From positions 485 through 64,484 of the forward strand of contig CAMDOM010000013.1 in assembly GCA_945903645.1 (NCBI GenBank): DNA of 64,000 nt, read 5' to 3'. The translations under genes and the position numbers were made by a program. Source of the stretch: Chryseobacterium gleum. Its GTDB lineage: Bacteria; Bacteroidota; Bacteroidia; UBA10329. The notes under the pieces were generated by a model, which saw only the letters and a list, made by a program, of their open reading frames with translations, was not told where the DNA came from and searched no databases. Shown here piece by piece: positions 9,544-20,351 of this stretch (within the stretch, counting starts at the first letter, position 1; every line of letters starts with the position of its first letter).

Positions 9544-10434
9544 CTATTTCTTAAAGAAAGAGCTCACCACTTTGTCTTTACTTCCTGGCGTGTAGGTATA
9601 GAATCCTTGGCCTGTTTTGGCTCCCAGATTGCCAGCAGCAACCATGTTTACGAGCAGCGGACAAGGTGCATATTTCGGATTTCCCAATCCATCATGCAGC
9701 ACGCGGCACACACTTAATACCACATCAAGACCAATGAAATCGGCTAAGTGCAATGGCCCCATAGGATGTGCCATGCCGAGTATCATCACGGTGTCTATTT
9801 CTTCCACACCTGCCACACCATGATAGAGCGTTTCGATGGCTTCGTTTATCATCGGCATTAAAATACGATTGGCCACAAAACCGGGGTAATCATTGGCTTC
9901 TACTGGTATTTTACCCAGCTTGCGCGATAGCTCGAAGATGAGGTCGAGGGTTTCCTGCGAAGTAGAATAGCCGCGAATCACCTCAATCAGTTTCATCACA
10001 GGCACAGGATTCATAAAGTGCATTCCAATCACCTTATCGGCTCGCTTGGTAACTGCCGCAATTTGAGTAATGGAAATGGAAGATGTGTTGGTGGCTAGAA
10101 TGGTGCGCGCTGGGCAAACTTCTTCCAATTGCGCAAAAATCTTCAGTTTCAACGTGATGTTTTCGGTGGCAGCTTCTACTACCAAATCGGCATTCTTAGC
10201 GCCAACGGCAATATCTGTGCAGGTGCTGAGATTGGCAAGTGTAGCTTGCTTTTCGGCCTCTGTTGTAGTGCCTTTGGCTATTAATCGGTCAATGTTTTTG
10301 GCAATGGTAGCCATTCCTTTGTCCAGAGATGCCTGCGAAATATCTGTCAGCACCACGCTAAATCCACTTTGGGCAAATACGTGCGCAATACCATTGCCCA
10401 TGGTGCCTGCGCCTATTACGGTTATGTTTTTCAT
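9544..10434 (-). CDS. hbd: 3-hydroxybutyryl-CoA / 3-hydroxyacyl-CoA dehydrogenase (NAD-binding)
   Basis: Start MKNITVIGAGTMGNGIAHVFAQSGF (Rossmann GxGxxG; ATG at 10434-10432); 3HCDH_N/3HCDH_C-like core. The tracked ORF is extended 32 codons upstream. Confidence 0.85.
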   Translation of the reverse strand: MKNITVIGAGTMGNGIAHVFAQSGFSVVLTDISQASLDKGMATIAKNIDRLIAKGTTTEAEKQATLANLSTCTDIAVGAKNADLVVEAATENITLKLKIFAQLEEVCPARTILATNTSSISITQIAAVTKRADKVIGMHFMNPVPVMKLIEVIRGYSTSQETLDLIFELSRKLGKIPVEANDYPGFVANRILMPMINEAIETLYHGVAGVEEIDTVMILGMAHPMGPLHLADFIGLDVVLSVCRVLHDGLGNPKYAPCPLLVNMVAAGNLGAKTGQGFYTYTPGSKDKVVSSFFKK

Positions 10435-10566
10435 GTCGGTTTTATTTGGCCGCGAAGATAGCTTTCGAGCTGTGCCGCAGTGCAGCGTATTTGGTACATC
10501 AACATGCAATTTGTGTAAAGTGAAGCGCAATTAACTTACTTTGGGCGTCCGTAATCGGAACATGCC

Positions 10567-11727
10567 ATGCAAGTTGCTGAATTGGTTCAGTTAGTTACTA
10601 TGTTGGTTTTTCCAGCTGCCGTTATGGAGTTTGCTAAGCGCAACAAAATGGCGGGGCTCGTTGGTCCAGTTATTCTTTGCTACGCTTTAGGTATTGTGAT
10701 AGGCAATCTGCCCAACTCGCCTGTAATAACCAATGTGAGCCAGAATGTGGCTGAAATAGCCGTACCTATTGCCATTTGCCTTATGCTCCTGTCCACCAAT
10801 TTTGTGAGTTGGTTGCGCTATGCCAAAAAAGCGGTGTTCTCCTTTTCGCTTGCGGTGATTTCAGTTGTGATAGGTTCATTTACGGTAACCTATTTTTTTC
10901 ACGACAACTTTGGCGACCAATTGCAGTTTTGGAAAATGTCTGGGATGCTCATTGGCGTGTACACTGGGGGCACACCCAACCTATCGGCCATTGGCATAGC
11001 GCTAGATGCGGGCAACGAAACTTTTGTGATTCTGAACGCCTGCGACATGGTGCTTAGTAGTATCTATTTGCTGCTTTTGCTAACGGTGGCGCAACGGGTG
11101 GCGCTCAAATTTCTTCCCTCATTTGTGCCAATTCCAACCAACGACAGGGATGAAACCTTTCACTACCAACGCTACCAGAGAAGACTGCCCAAAAAGGCGG
11201 TCGCCCGCTATCTAGCGCTTGCATTTGGTATGGCAGTGGTGTTTTTAGGACTAAGTGTTGGATTTTCTATGCTTGTTGCCAGTAAGATTACTGCACCCAA
11301 TGTTATTTTGGGGGTTACAACCCTCGGCATTGGAGCTTCGTTTTTTAAGCGAGTGCGCTACATACCTCGCACCTACGAGTTTGGCGAATATTTTTTGCTG
11401 GTATTTTGCTTGGGTATTGGTTCTATTTCTAGTGTTAGCGATTTGTTGCAAAGCAGTTGGCTAACCTTCTATTATGTGGCTTGTGTGCTGGTATCGTCCA
11501 TTAGTCTGCATTTCTTGCTGGCGTGGATTTTTAAAGTAGATGCAGATACTACGCTCATCACTTCTGTGGCTGGAATCTTTGGTCCTGCGTTTATTGGCCC
11601 TGTAGCCAGCGTGCTCAAAAACAAAGACATTGTAGTAAGCGGCCTCACCACAGGTTTAGTTGGCTATGCTATTGCCAATTACTTGGGTATAGGAATTGCC
11701 CACTTGTTTCATTGGTTGTTTTATTGA
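10567..11727 (+). CDS. polytopic integral membrane protein (about 10-11 TM; possibly DUF819-like)
   Basis: 386 aa, almost entirely hydrophobic helices with no soluble domain; family assignment uncertain. Confidence 0.55.
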   Translation: MQVAELVQLVTMLVFPAAVMEFAKRNKMAGLVGPVILCYALGIVIGNLPNSPVITNVSQNVAEIAVPIAICLMLLSTNFVSWLRYAKKAVFSFSLAVISVVIGSFTVTYFFHDNFGDQLQFWKMSGMLIGVYTGGTPNLSAIGIALDAGNETFVILNACDMVLSSIYLLLLLTVAQRVALKFLPSFVPIPTNDRDETFHYQRYQRRLPKKAVARYLALAFGMAVVFLGLSVGFSMLVASKITAPNVILGVTTLGIGASFFKRVRYIPRTYEFGEYFLLVFCLGIGSISSVSDLLQSSWLTFYYVACVLVSSISLHFLLAWIFKVDADTTLITSVAGIFGPAFIGPVASVLKNKDIVVSGLTTGLVGYAIANYLGIGIAHLFHWLFY

Positions 11728-11779
11728 TTGCTTACATTACATCGTAGCTAGTACGCGTAGCAACAATTGAAAGCATTAT

Positions 11780-12352
11780 CTAAAACTTAGATTGAATTGT
11801 TTGTGCTTGGTCATTCATTTTAACCCATTGCACGAACATGAGGAAAATGAAAATAGTTGCGATAGTGTTAAAAACATTGTGATGGTCTATAAACTGGTCA
11901 TATCCAGAGCGAATTGTCACGAAACACAAAGCAGTGACCCTCGCTATGTTGATAAGGTGAATTCCAATTATTCCCAAAGGAATAAACCATAGTCTACTTT
12001 TTATTTTCCCGGGAAAAGAAATCACCAGAAATACGAACATTGCCATTAAATCGATGCCAAGGCAAAAATTTCGAATGTGAATATCGATGGGAGTATCGTA
12101 GAGGTCTATGTTTGACCAATTGAACACCTCTGCTTCAAGGCCAAAACCGCGCAAAAGCAATACACCGCCTTCTGTAAGCGTTATCATGGCGTAATGAACA
12201 AAGCGACTGTAGTTGGGGCCAATTATGGGTAAAGTCCAACAGCTGTGCACAAACCATGAAAAATACACAGTTACTAAAATAGCCATCGAAAGCAAAAAGC
12301 GCAGCAGAATTTTTTGGTTTGGAGCTAACGATTTCCAATTTGGTATTTTCAT
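11780..12352 (-). CDS. exosortase-family membrane protein, XrtF-like
   Basis: 190 aa, multi-TM. Candidate catalytic Cys in NFCLGIDLMAMFV (CxG as in the exosortase CSG motif) and NxxR in INIARVTAL. Size matches Bacteroidota XrtF. No XrtF-associated partner gene is adjacent. Confidence 0.45.
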   Translation of the reverse strand: MKIPNWKSLAPNQKILLRFLLSMAILVTVYFSWFVHSCWTLPIIGPNYSRFVHYAMITLTEGGVLLLRGFGLEAEVFNWSNIDLYDTPIDIHIRNFCLGIDLMAMFVFLVISFPGKIKSRLWFIPLGIIGIHLINIARVTALCFVTIRSGYDQFIDHHNVFNTIATIFIFLMFVQWVKMNDQAQTIQSKF

Positions 12353-12364
12353 TCTGTAGTTACG

Positions 12365-13189
12365 TTAAACCATTAGCAATCGGATATCTTCGGCCACTGA
12401 TGTAGTAGTTAAATTATGGGCTTTGTCCAATAAAATTACTCGAACTTTTCCTTCGGAAACCGCATCAAGTTTTCGGGCAAGCGATGGTCGAATAATTTTA
12501 TCGTGCTTTCCGAAAATCAATGTCGTTTTTATGTTGTACCGATGAATTTTGCTTCGAATATCTACCAAATCAGGCGTGATTAGCCGAAATGCCCGCCAAA
12601 CCTTATAAATCCGTTCGCGATTGGTTCGGGATTCCAATTGCTGGCGAATAAACAATTCAATTTTAGCATCTAGTAAACGGATGTTAGCTAGGAGTTTAGC
12701 AGTTGCCAAAACACGACTTGGATTTGTAATTACTCTCCCGTAGAGGTACTTCCCGATTTTTGTATTGGCTGTAAACCGATACAATGGATTTATTTTCAAT
12801 CCATCTGGAGCGATTAGAATCATTTCTACAATTCGTCCAGGCGCCAATTCCACCAATTTAAGAGCAAGTTTACCTCCCAAACTAAATGCAAGAATGGAGC
12901 ATTTTTTTTGGTCTGTAACTTTTAAAATATGACCAATCAGTTCCACCAATTCTGACGGTTTTAGTGATTCCTTGCCTAGAACTGTGTCGCCATGATGTGG
13001 CAAATCGAAATGAATTGCTCGCACGTTAGGTCGAAAATGATGCATGAAATGCGCCATTACTTCCGCACTTTGTCCGTAACCGTGAAAAGTTACCCAAAGG
13101 TCCTCACCTTGGCCAGTTTCCACGTAGCTCCAAGTGGCTTTGCCAACTACCAGTTTTTTTCGTTCGTGTGATGTAGATAAGGTGTTCAA
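12365..13189 (-). CDS. alpha/beta-fold hydrolase
   Basis: 274 aa; HGYGQS oxyanion region, GxSxG nucleophile elbow (AFSLGG), Asp/His later. Confidence 0.7.
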   Translation of the reverse strand: MNTLSTSHERKKLVVGKATWSYVETGQGEDLWVTFHGYGQSAEVMAHFMHHFRPNVRAIHFDLPHHGDTVLGKESLKPSELVELIGHILKVTDQKKCSILAFSLGGKLALKLVELAPGRIVEMILIAPDGLKINPLYRFTANTKIGKYLYGRVITNPSRVLATAKLLANIRLLDAKIELFIRQQLESRTNRERIYKVWRAFRLITPDLVDIRSKIHRYNIKTTLIFGKHDKIIRPSLARKLDAVSEGKVRVILLDKAHNLTTTSVAEDIRLLMV

Positions 13190-13307
13190 AAAAAGCAGGT
13201 ATTTCCGCCAAAGGTACTACGTGTAGGATTGTACTTTCGCAGGGTTTAAATGGGAGGATTATCTCAGCCATATTTCTTTAGAATTCAAGCTAAATTAGAC
13301 CTTATCT

Positions 13308-16124
13308 ATGCCCAAAGATTTCTCCATTAAATCAGTATTAATTATTGGTAGCGGCCCCATTGTTATTGGCCAAGCGTGCGAATTTGATTATGCTGGGTCT
13401 CAAGCGGCACGTTCGTTGCGCGAAGAGGGAATTGAGGTGACTCTAATCAATTCCAACCCAGCTACAATTATGACCGATAAGGTAACTGCAGACAATATTT
13501 ATCTGCTGCCTTTGGAGCCAAAAAGCATCATCAAAATTCTAGAATCGCACAAAATTGATTGTGTATTGCCAACAATGGGTGGGCAAACGGCACTCAATTT
13601 AGCTATCAAGTGCAAAGAAATGGGCATTTGGGCAAAGTATGGCGTTCGTATGGTTGGGGTTGATGTTGAAGCTATCGAGATTACTGAAGATCGAGAGAAG
13701 TTCCGGAAATTGATGGAGAAAATTGGTGTTGGCATGGCACCTCAGGCAACAGCAAAGTCCTTTTTGGAAGGAAAGGAAGTGGCGCAACGCTTCGGGTTTC
13801 CGTTATGTATACGCGCTTCATTTACGTTGGGTGGAGCAGGGGCAAGTATTGTTCATGACCCAGCTGAATTCGACAAACTTCTTAATCGTGGATTGCAACT
13901 TTCACCTATTCACGAGGTGATGATTGACAAAGCGCTTTTGGGCTGGAAAGAATTTGAGCTTGAATTGTTACGTGATGCCAATGACAATGTGGTTATCATT
14001 TGCTCCATCGAGAATTTCGACCCGATGGGCATTCACACAGGCGATAGTATCACAGTTGCTCCAGCAATGACGTTGAGCGATAAAACGTATCAACGAATGC
14101 GCGACATGGCTATTCTGATGATGCGGTCTATTGGAAATTTTGCTGGTGGTTGTAACGTTCAATTCGCAGTGAGTCCAGATGAAAATGAGGATATAATTGC
14201 CATAGAGATTAACCCAAGGGTTAGTCGTTCATCTGCATTGGCTTCGAAAGCCACGGGTTATCCAATTGCTAAAATTGCCTCTAAGTTGGCCATTGGCTAC
14301 CACTTGGACGAATTGGAGAATCAAATCACCAAGACAACTTCAGCCTTTTTTGAGCCAACACTTGACTATGTAATTGTGAAAATTCCACGTTGGAATTTTG
14401 ATAAGTTTAAAGGAAGCGATCGCAGACTGGGTTTGCAAATGAAGAGTGTGGGTGAGGTAATGGGCATTGGTCGTACTTTTCAGGAAGCGCTTCAAAAGGC
14501 TTGTCAATCGCTCGAAATAAAACGCAATGGTTTGGGTGCCGATGGCAAGGAATTACGAGATCAGCAGCAAATTCTGCACAGCCTTGGCAATGCAAGTTGG
14601 AACAGACTATTTCATGTCTATGATGCTTTCAAAATGGGCATTGCGCTCAAAACCATACAATCAATTACGAAAATTGATAAGTGGTTTTTAGAGCAAATTC
14701 AGGAGCTGATAGCGCTAGAGGAGGAGATTAGTCGGCATAGGTTAGAAACGCTTCCTCGCGAATTGCTTTATGAAGCAAAACAGAAGGGATATGCCGACCG
14801 ACAGATTGCGCATTTACTGAACTGTTGGGAAAGTGAAGTTTTTAATCGAAGGCAAGATCAGGGAATTCAGCGTGTATATAAACTTGTAGATACTTGCGCA
14901 GCTGAATTCCCAGCCCAAACCCCCTATTACTATTCCACATTTGAGGACGAAAACGAAAGTGTAAGATCCGAGAAAAAGAAGATTGTAGTGCTTGGGAGCG
15001 GGCCAAATCGAATTGGTCAGGGTATTGAATTCGACTATTCATGTGTACATGGCGTGCTGGCTGCCAAAGAGTGTGGCTATGAAACCATCATGATTAACTG
15101 CAATCCCGAAACGGTGAGCACGGATTTCGATACATCCGACAAGCTCTATTTTGAGCCGGTGTTTTGGGAACACATCTACGACATCATTCTACACGAAAAA
15201 CCAGAAGGTGTTATTGTGCAATTGGGAGGGCAAACAGCTTTGAAGCTTGCCGAAAAGCTGGAGCGCTATGGTATCAAGATTATTGGAACAGATTTCCAAA
15301 GCTTGGATTTGGCAGAAGATCGCGGAAGGTTCTCTAATCTTCTCAAAGAGTACAATATTCCGTATCCCAAATTTGGAGTGGCCGAAGATGCGGATACAGC
15401 CATAAAACTCTCACGAGAACTTGGATTTCCAATGCTAGTGCGTCCAAGCTATGTGCTTGGAGGTCAAAGTATGAAAATAGTTATTAATGAGCAAGAGCTT
15501 GAAGAACACGTAGTTAATCTCCTGAAAGACTTGCCGGGTAACAGAATATTGTTGGACAACTTTCTGGAGAATGCCATAGAAGCCGAAGCAGATGCAATTT
15601 GTGATGGTGAAGACGTATACATCATCGGAATTATGGAGCATATTGAGCCTGCGGGTATTCACTCAGGCGATTCGTATGCCGTGTTGCCTCCGTTCGATTT
15701 GAGCCAGAATGTGATGAATTTAATAGATCAATACACGCGAACTATTGCGGTAGCACTCAAAACAGTTGGACTAATTAATATCCAATTTGCGGTGAAAGAT
15801 GAAGTGGTTTACATCATCGAAGCCAACCCACGTGCATCGCGCACTGTGCCGTTCATTGCCAAGGCTTATGATGAACCTTATGTGAACTATGCCACCAAAG
15901 TAATGCTACGCGAAAAGAAGGTGAAAGACTTCAACTTTAATCCACGAAAGAAGGGTTACGCCATCAAAATACCAGTGTTTAGCTACGAAAAGTTCCCAGA
16001 TGTAACTAAAGAACTCGGTCCAGAAATGAAATCAACAGGTGAAGCAATCCGCTTTATTGACGACCTTCACGATGAGTTTTTTCAAGAAGTGTACTCCGAG
16101 CGTAACCTCTACCTTAGCCGCTAA
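13308..16124 (+). CDS. carB: carbamoyl-phosphate synthase large subunit (938 aa form lacking the C-terminal MGS-like domain)
   Basis: Duplicated ATP-grasp halves (GSGPIVIGQACEFDYAGSQA... and VLGSGPNRIGQGIEFDYSCVH...) and the oligomerisation domain between them. Confidence 0.93.
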   Translation: MPKDFSIKSVLIIGSGPIVIGQACEFDYAGSQAARSLREEGIEVTLINSNPATIMTDKVTADNIYLLPLEPKSIIKILESHKIDCVLPTMGGQTALNLAIKCKEMGIWAKYGVRMVGVDVEAIEITEDREKFRKLMEKIGVGMAPQATAKSFLEGKEVAQRFGFPLCIRASFTLGGAGASIVHDPAEFDKLLNRGLQLSPIHEVMIDKALLGWKEFELELLRDANDNVVIICSIENFDPMGIHTGDSITVAPAMTLSDKTYQRMRDMAILMMRSIGNFAGGCNVQFAVSPDENEDIIAIEINPRVSRSSALASKATGYPIAKIASKLAIGYHLDELENQITKTTSAFFEPTLDYVIVKIPRWNFDKFKGSDRRLGLQMKSVGEVMGIGRTFQEALQKACQSLEIKRNGLGADGKELRDQQQILHSLGNASWNRLFHVYDAFKMGIALKTIQSITKIDKWFLEQIQELIALEEEISRHRLETLPRELLYEAKQKGYADRQIAHLLNCWESEVFNRRQDQGIQRVYKLVDTCAAEFPAQTPYYYSTFEDENESVRSEKKKIVVLGSGPNRIGQGIEFDYSCVHGVLAAKECGYETIMINCNPETVSTDFDTSDKLYFEPVFWEHIYDIILHEKPEGVIVQLGGQTALKLAEKLERYGIKIIGTDFQSLDLAEDRGRFSNLLKEYNIPYPKFGVAEDADTAIKLSRELGFPMLVRPSYVLGGQSMKIVINEQELEEHVVNLLKDLPGNRILLDNFLENAIEAEADAICDGEDVYIIGIMEHIEPAGIHSGDSYAVLPPFDLSQNVMNLIDQYTRTIAVALKTVGLINIQFAVKDEVVYIIEANPRASRTVPFIAKAYDEPYVNYATKVMLREKKVKDFNFNPRKKGYAIKIPVFSYEKFPDVTKELGPEMKSTGEAIRFIDDLHDEFFQEVYSERNLYLSR

Positions 16125-16135
16125 TACCTCTATCG

Positions 16136-16414
16136 ATGACTGGACTTCTAAAAACTATTCTGTTCTTACTAGTGCTTTACTATGCATGGAAACTGATGTT
16201 CAGACTGATGTTCCCCGTGGTGTTGAAAAAAGCAACAGAGAAGGCCCAACGCTCTATGAATGAGCGAATGCAGCAGGCTTTTGAGCAGCAGCAAAACCAA
16301 GGTAGGACCCAATTCGAAGGCGATATAACCATTAAAAGAGGTGCGGAAAAAGCACCTTCAGTGGCTAAAAATGATGGCGAATATGTAGAGTATGTGGAAG
16401 TTAAAGACAAGTAA
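16136..16414 (+). CDS. small membrane-anchored protein (DUF4834-like)
   Basis: 92 aa; one N-terminal TM (LLKTILFLLVLYYAWKLMFRLMF) then a charged tail ending GEYVEYVEVKDK. Starts 12 nt after the carB stop. Confidence 0.45.
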   Translation: MTGLLKTILFLLVLYYAWKLMFRLMFPVVLKKATEKAQRSMNERMQQAFEQQQNQGRTQFEGDITIKRGAEKAPSVAKNDGEYVEYVEVKDK

Positions 16415-16504
16415 TTCAAGTTATTATCATCTCAATTCTCACCTTTTACATTACGTTAATTTCCTTCTTGGTCTCGTGATTTCTAATCTTTCAAATTCAT
16501 CTAA

Positions 16505-18928
16505 ATGAGTTCTAAATTGAAAAGCCTTCTTCCTCACTTTTTGGTGTTGCTGTCGTTCATGGCGCTTTCGCTAATGTACATGCAACCGTTGTTGGAGGGC
16601 AAAGAACTGATGCAATCGGATATCATTCAGTTTAAGGGAATGAGTCAAGAAATTGTTGAATTCAGGGAAGAAACAGGAGAGGAACCACTTTGGACAAACT
16701 CGATGTTTGGAGGAATGCCAGCCTATCAAATCTCTGTGCTTTATCCCAATAACTGGAGCAAAAAACTGCTTGACATTTGCAATCTAGGTTTGCCTCGTCC
16801 AGCCAATTATTTGTTTCTGCTCATGGCAGGAGCTTATTTTCTATTTATTGTTCTTGGAATGGGATGGAGGTATGCGCTGGTTGGGGCATTTGGGGTGGCT
16901 TTTGCTTCTTTTTCGGTAATTGTGATTGAAGTGGGGCACAACTCTCAGATACACGCGATTTCATTCATGGCTCCAGTTCTAGGCAGTATTCTTCTGGCCT
17001 ACAGAGGAGTGTATCTGCTCGGTGCGGCCCTCACTGCGCTGTTTCTTTCTCTTCAGATCGCTACGAATCACCTCCAGATTACCTACTACCTTCTGATGAT
17101 TGTGCTGCTGCTGGGTCTAGTTAAGCTCATTGAGGCGGTGAAACAGGGACAATTGCCACATTTCGCCAAGGCCACAGGCATTTTGGTCATCGGGGCTTTG
17201 GTTGCCATTGGGCCCAATATCTCAGCTCTCTGGACCACCGCAGATTATGGTGCCGAGACCATTCGTGGAAAATCTGAGTTGAGCACTATGCAGGAAAGCA
17301 GCGGTCTGGATAAGTTTTACGCTACGCGTTGGAGCTATGGGGTTGCTGAAACCTTCACCATCCTAATTCCAAACTTTATGGGAGGAAGTTCATCCGCCAG
17401 CTTAACCGAAGAATCGAGTGTTTATGATGCGCTCACAGAAAACCGCATTCCGAAGCCACAAGCACGCGATATCATTTCAAACATGCCGCTCTATTTTGGC
17501 ACGCAGCCGTTTACATCTGGCCCTGTGTATCTCGGAGCAATCATTTGTTTGTTAGCCATGCTCGGTTTGCTGCTTTCTAAGGGAATGGACAGATGGTGGT
17601 TGCTGGCTGCTTTCGTACTTTCGTTAGTGCTTTCTTGGGGGCACAACTTTGCACCAGTCACCGATTTCTTCTTCGATTATGTGCCAGGCTACAACAAGTT
17701 TAGAGCGGTGAGTATGACGCTGGTAATTGCCCAAGTGGTGTTGCCAGTTCTCGCAGTTTTTGGCCTGAAAGCAGTTCTAGAGTTGCAAAACAAAGAACTC
17801 CTTAAACGTAACTTGGGCGTAGCATTCGGCATTGTTGGTGGTTTGTGCCTTTTGTTTGCTCTTATCCCCACGTTATTCTCCGATTTTACGTCTACCAACG
17901 ATGCACAACTTCTAAAGTCGGGCTATCCAGATTGGTTGGTAAATGCACTTGTAGAAGATCGCGAATCTATTTTTCAATCAGATGCGCTGCGTTCTTTAGT
18001 GCTGGTTTCATTGGCAAGCGGTTTATTGTTTCTTGCTGGTTTAGGAAAGCTGAAAGCTCCCCTAGTTGCGATGTTGATATCTGGATTGGTGCTCGTGGAC
18101 CTTTGGCAAGTGGACAAACGCTATTTGCATAATGACGATTTCGTGAGTGCACGACAAGGTAAAGCTGCGTTTGCTCCAAGTCCAGCCAATCAGCAAATTC
18201 TTGCCGATACTGACCCCAATTTCCGTGTGTTAAACCTAACTGTGAGCACTTTCAACGATGCTTCTACATCATATCATCACAAAAGTATTGGGGGCTACCA
18301 CGGAGCCAAACTCAAGCGCTACCAAGAGTTGATAGATTCGTGTATTAGCAGAAATAATATGCAAGTGCTGAATATGCTCAATACCAAGTATGTTATCATG
18401 CGTGGTGAGCAAGGACCTCAAGTGCGCCCCAATCCATTGGCTTTGGGTAACGCGTGGTTTGTGGACAAGTTTGTGGTAGTTCAAAATGCCGATGAAGAAT
18501 TGGCTGCTTTGAATATGCCCGATTTTGAAGCGCGTAAAACTGCAATTATTGATAAACGGTATTCAGCTCAATTGCTTGATTTTCAAGTACAATTGGATTC
18601 TAATGCAACTATTGCATTAACGGACTACAAGCCGAACTACCTGAAGTATTCAAGCAAATCTAATGGGGCAAGCTTGGCGATTTTCTCCGAAATTTATTTT
18701 GAAAATGGCTGGAACGCCTATGTTGATGGCGAGCTTAAACCGCATTTCCGGGCCAATTATGTGTTGCGTGGAATGACCCTTCCACAGGGTGAACATACCA
18801 TAGAATTCAAGTTCGAACCAAAAGTATATGCCACTGGAGAACAGTATTCTTTGCTTGGATCCGTATTCTTAATAGTCTTTGTTGGTGGAGGAATATTCTT
18901 CGGTTTGCGCGAGAAAAAAGCAGCTTAG
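16505..18928 (+). CDS. YfhO-family polytopic membrane protein (putative glycosyl/lipid-linked transferase)
   Basis: 807 aa; N-terminal half 10+ TM helices, large C-terminal extracytoplasmic region, final TM (FLIVFVGGGIFFGL); pattern typical of Bacteroidota YfhO homologs. Confidence 0.55.
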   Translation: MSSKLKSLLPHFLVLLSFMALSLMYMQPLLEGKELMQSDIIQFKGMSQEIVEFREETGEEPLWTNSMFGGMPAYQISVLYPNNWSKKLLDICNLGLPRPANYLFLLMAGAYFLFIVLGMGWRYALVGAFGVAFASFSVIVIEVGHNSQIHAISFMAPVLGSILLAYRGVYLLGAALTALFLSLQIATNHLQITYYLLMIVLLLGLVKLIEAVKQGQLPHFAKATGILVIGALVAIGPNISALWTTADYGAETIRGKSELSTMQESSGLDKFYATRWSYGVAETFTILIPNFMGGSSSASLTEESSVYDALTENRIPKPQARDIISNMPLYFGTQPFTSGPVYLGAIICLLAMLGLLLSKGMDRWWLLAAFVLSLVLSWGHNFAPVTDFFFDYVPGYNKFRAVSMTLVIAQVVLPVLAVFGLKAVLELQNKELLKRNLGVAFGIVGGLCLLFALIPTLFSDFTSTNDAQLLKSGYPDWLVNALVEDRESIFQSDALRSLVLVSLASGLLFLAGLGKLKAPLVAMLISGLVLVDLWQVDKRYLHNDDFVSARQGKAAFAPSPANQQILADTDPNFRVLNLTVSTFNDASTSYHHKSIGGYHGAKLKRYQELIDSCISRNNMQVLNMLNTKYVIMRGEQGPQVRPNPLALGNAWFVDKFVVVQNADEELAALNMPDFEARKTAIIDKRYSAQLLDFQVQLDSNATIALTDYKPNYLKYSSKSNGASLAIFSEIYFENGWNAYVDGELKPHFRANYVLRGMTLPQGEHTIEFKFEPKVYATGEQYSLLGSVFLIVFVGGGIFFGLREKKAA

Positions 18929-18977
18929 CGAAAAGTATATTCGGAATCTAACCATCTCATTCTTGTGATTTTTTCCA

Positions 18978-20186
18978 ATGAAAGATGCCTTTATAATTGA
19001 TGCCATTCGCACACCGATTGGAAGTTTTGGCGGCAGTTTAGCACCTGTGCGTGCAGATGATTTAGCTGCAATTCCGCTGAAAGCATTGCTGCTTAGGAAT
19101 CCAAACCTAGACCCATCTGCAATAGAAGATGTTATTTTGGGTAGCGCAAACCAAGCTGGCGAAGACAATCGCAATGTGGCGCGGATGGCGCTGCTTTTAG
19201 CTGGATATCCTGTAACGGTTGGAGGTGAAACTGTAAATCGTTTGTGTGCCTCTGGAATGGCGGCTACGGTGCAAGCAGCGCATGCCCTTCAAACGGGCAA
19301 TGGCGATGTGTATATCAGCGGTGGAACGGAACACATGACGCGTGGACCATGGGTCATTTCTAAAGCCAGCACTCCATTTGGACGCGATGCCGAAATGCAC
19401 GATACAAGTTTCGGGTGGCGTTTCATCAATCCTATGATGAAGGAATTGTATGGCACAGATGCCATGGGCGTAACAGCTGAAAATCTTGTAGAATTGTATG
19501 GAATCGAACGCGAGGCGCAAGATCAATTTTCACTTTGGTCGCAAACCAAAGCCACTGCTGCCCAAGCCAACGGTCGATTGGCAGAGGAAATAACTGCTGT
19601 CACGATTCCATCGCGCAAGGGCAATGCTATGGTGTTTGCTCAAGATGAATTCATTAAGTCAAACACAACGCTAGAAGGTTTAGGCAAATTGCGACCAGCT
19701 TTCAAGAAAGAAAGTGGTTCGGTAACGGCTGGAAATAGTTCGGGGCTAAATGACGGAGCAGCGGCAATTCTCATGGCTTCAACTCAAGGAATTAAAGACC
19801 ATAACCTAAAACCGTTGGCACGCTTCGTTTCTTCAGCGGTGGCTGGAGTAGAACCTCGAATTATGGGCATCGGTCCAGTGCATGCATCCAAAAAAGCACT
19901 GCAACGCGCAGGATTGACGCTCAACGACATGGATATTATTGAGTTGAATGAAGCATTTGCCGCGCAAGTGCTTTCTTGTACGCGTAAATGGTGTATTCCC
20001 GACAACGATTCTCGATTGAACCCGAACGGTGGCGCCATTGCTATTGGTCATCCGCTTGGAATGAGCGGTGCACGCCTTATCCAAACTGCTACTTTAGAAT
20101 TGCAAAAGCAACAAAAACGATATGCGTTAATTACTTTGTGCATTGGAGTTGGGCAAGGATATGCCACTATAATCGAACGGTGCTAA
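18978..20186 (+). CDS. acetyl-CoA C-acyltransferase (thiolase)
   Basis: 402 aa; active-site Cys region VNRLCASGM, NEAFAAQ, C-terminal GHPLGMSGAR and CIGVGQG thiolase signatures. Confidence 0.9.
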   Translation: MKDAFIIDAIRTPIGSFGGSLAPVRADDLAAIPLKALLLRNPNLDPSAIEDVILGSANQAGEDNRNVARMALLLAGYPVTVGGETVNRLCASGMAATVQAAHALQTGNGDVYISGGTEHMTRGPWVISKASTPFGRDAEMHDTSFGWRFINPMMKELYGTDAMGVTAENLVELYGIEREAQDQFSLWSQTKATAAQANGRLAEEITAVTIPSRKGNAMVFAQDEFIKSNTTLEGLGKLRPAFKKESGSVTAGNSSGLNDGAAAILMASTQGIKDHNLKPLARFVSSAVAGVEPRIMGIGPVHASKKALQRAGLTLNDMDIIELNEAFAAQVLSCTRKWCIPDNDSRLNPNGGAIAIGHPLGMSGARLIQTATLELQKQQKRYALITLCIGVGQGYATIIERC

Positions 20187-20351
20187 TGTAGTTTGAGTAT
20201 AGGAGTCGGATAGCTGAAATTACACCATCAAAGTCCTAACCGCATTTAACATTCCCATAACTCATTCGTTACTCAACCATAAAGATTAAGGTAGTTGGCC
20301 TTAATACAGTGAGCGTTCTTTTGCCGCAACCAAAACGCAAAACAAAACGCG

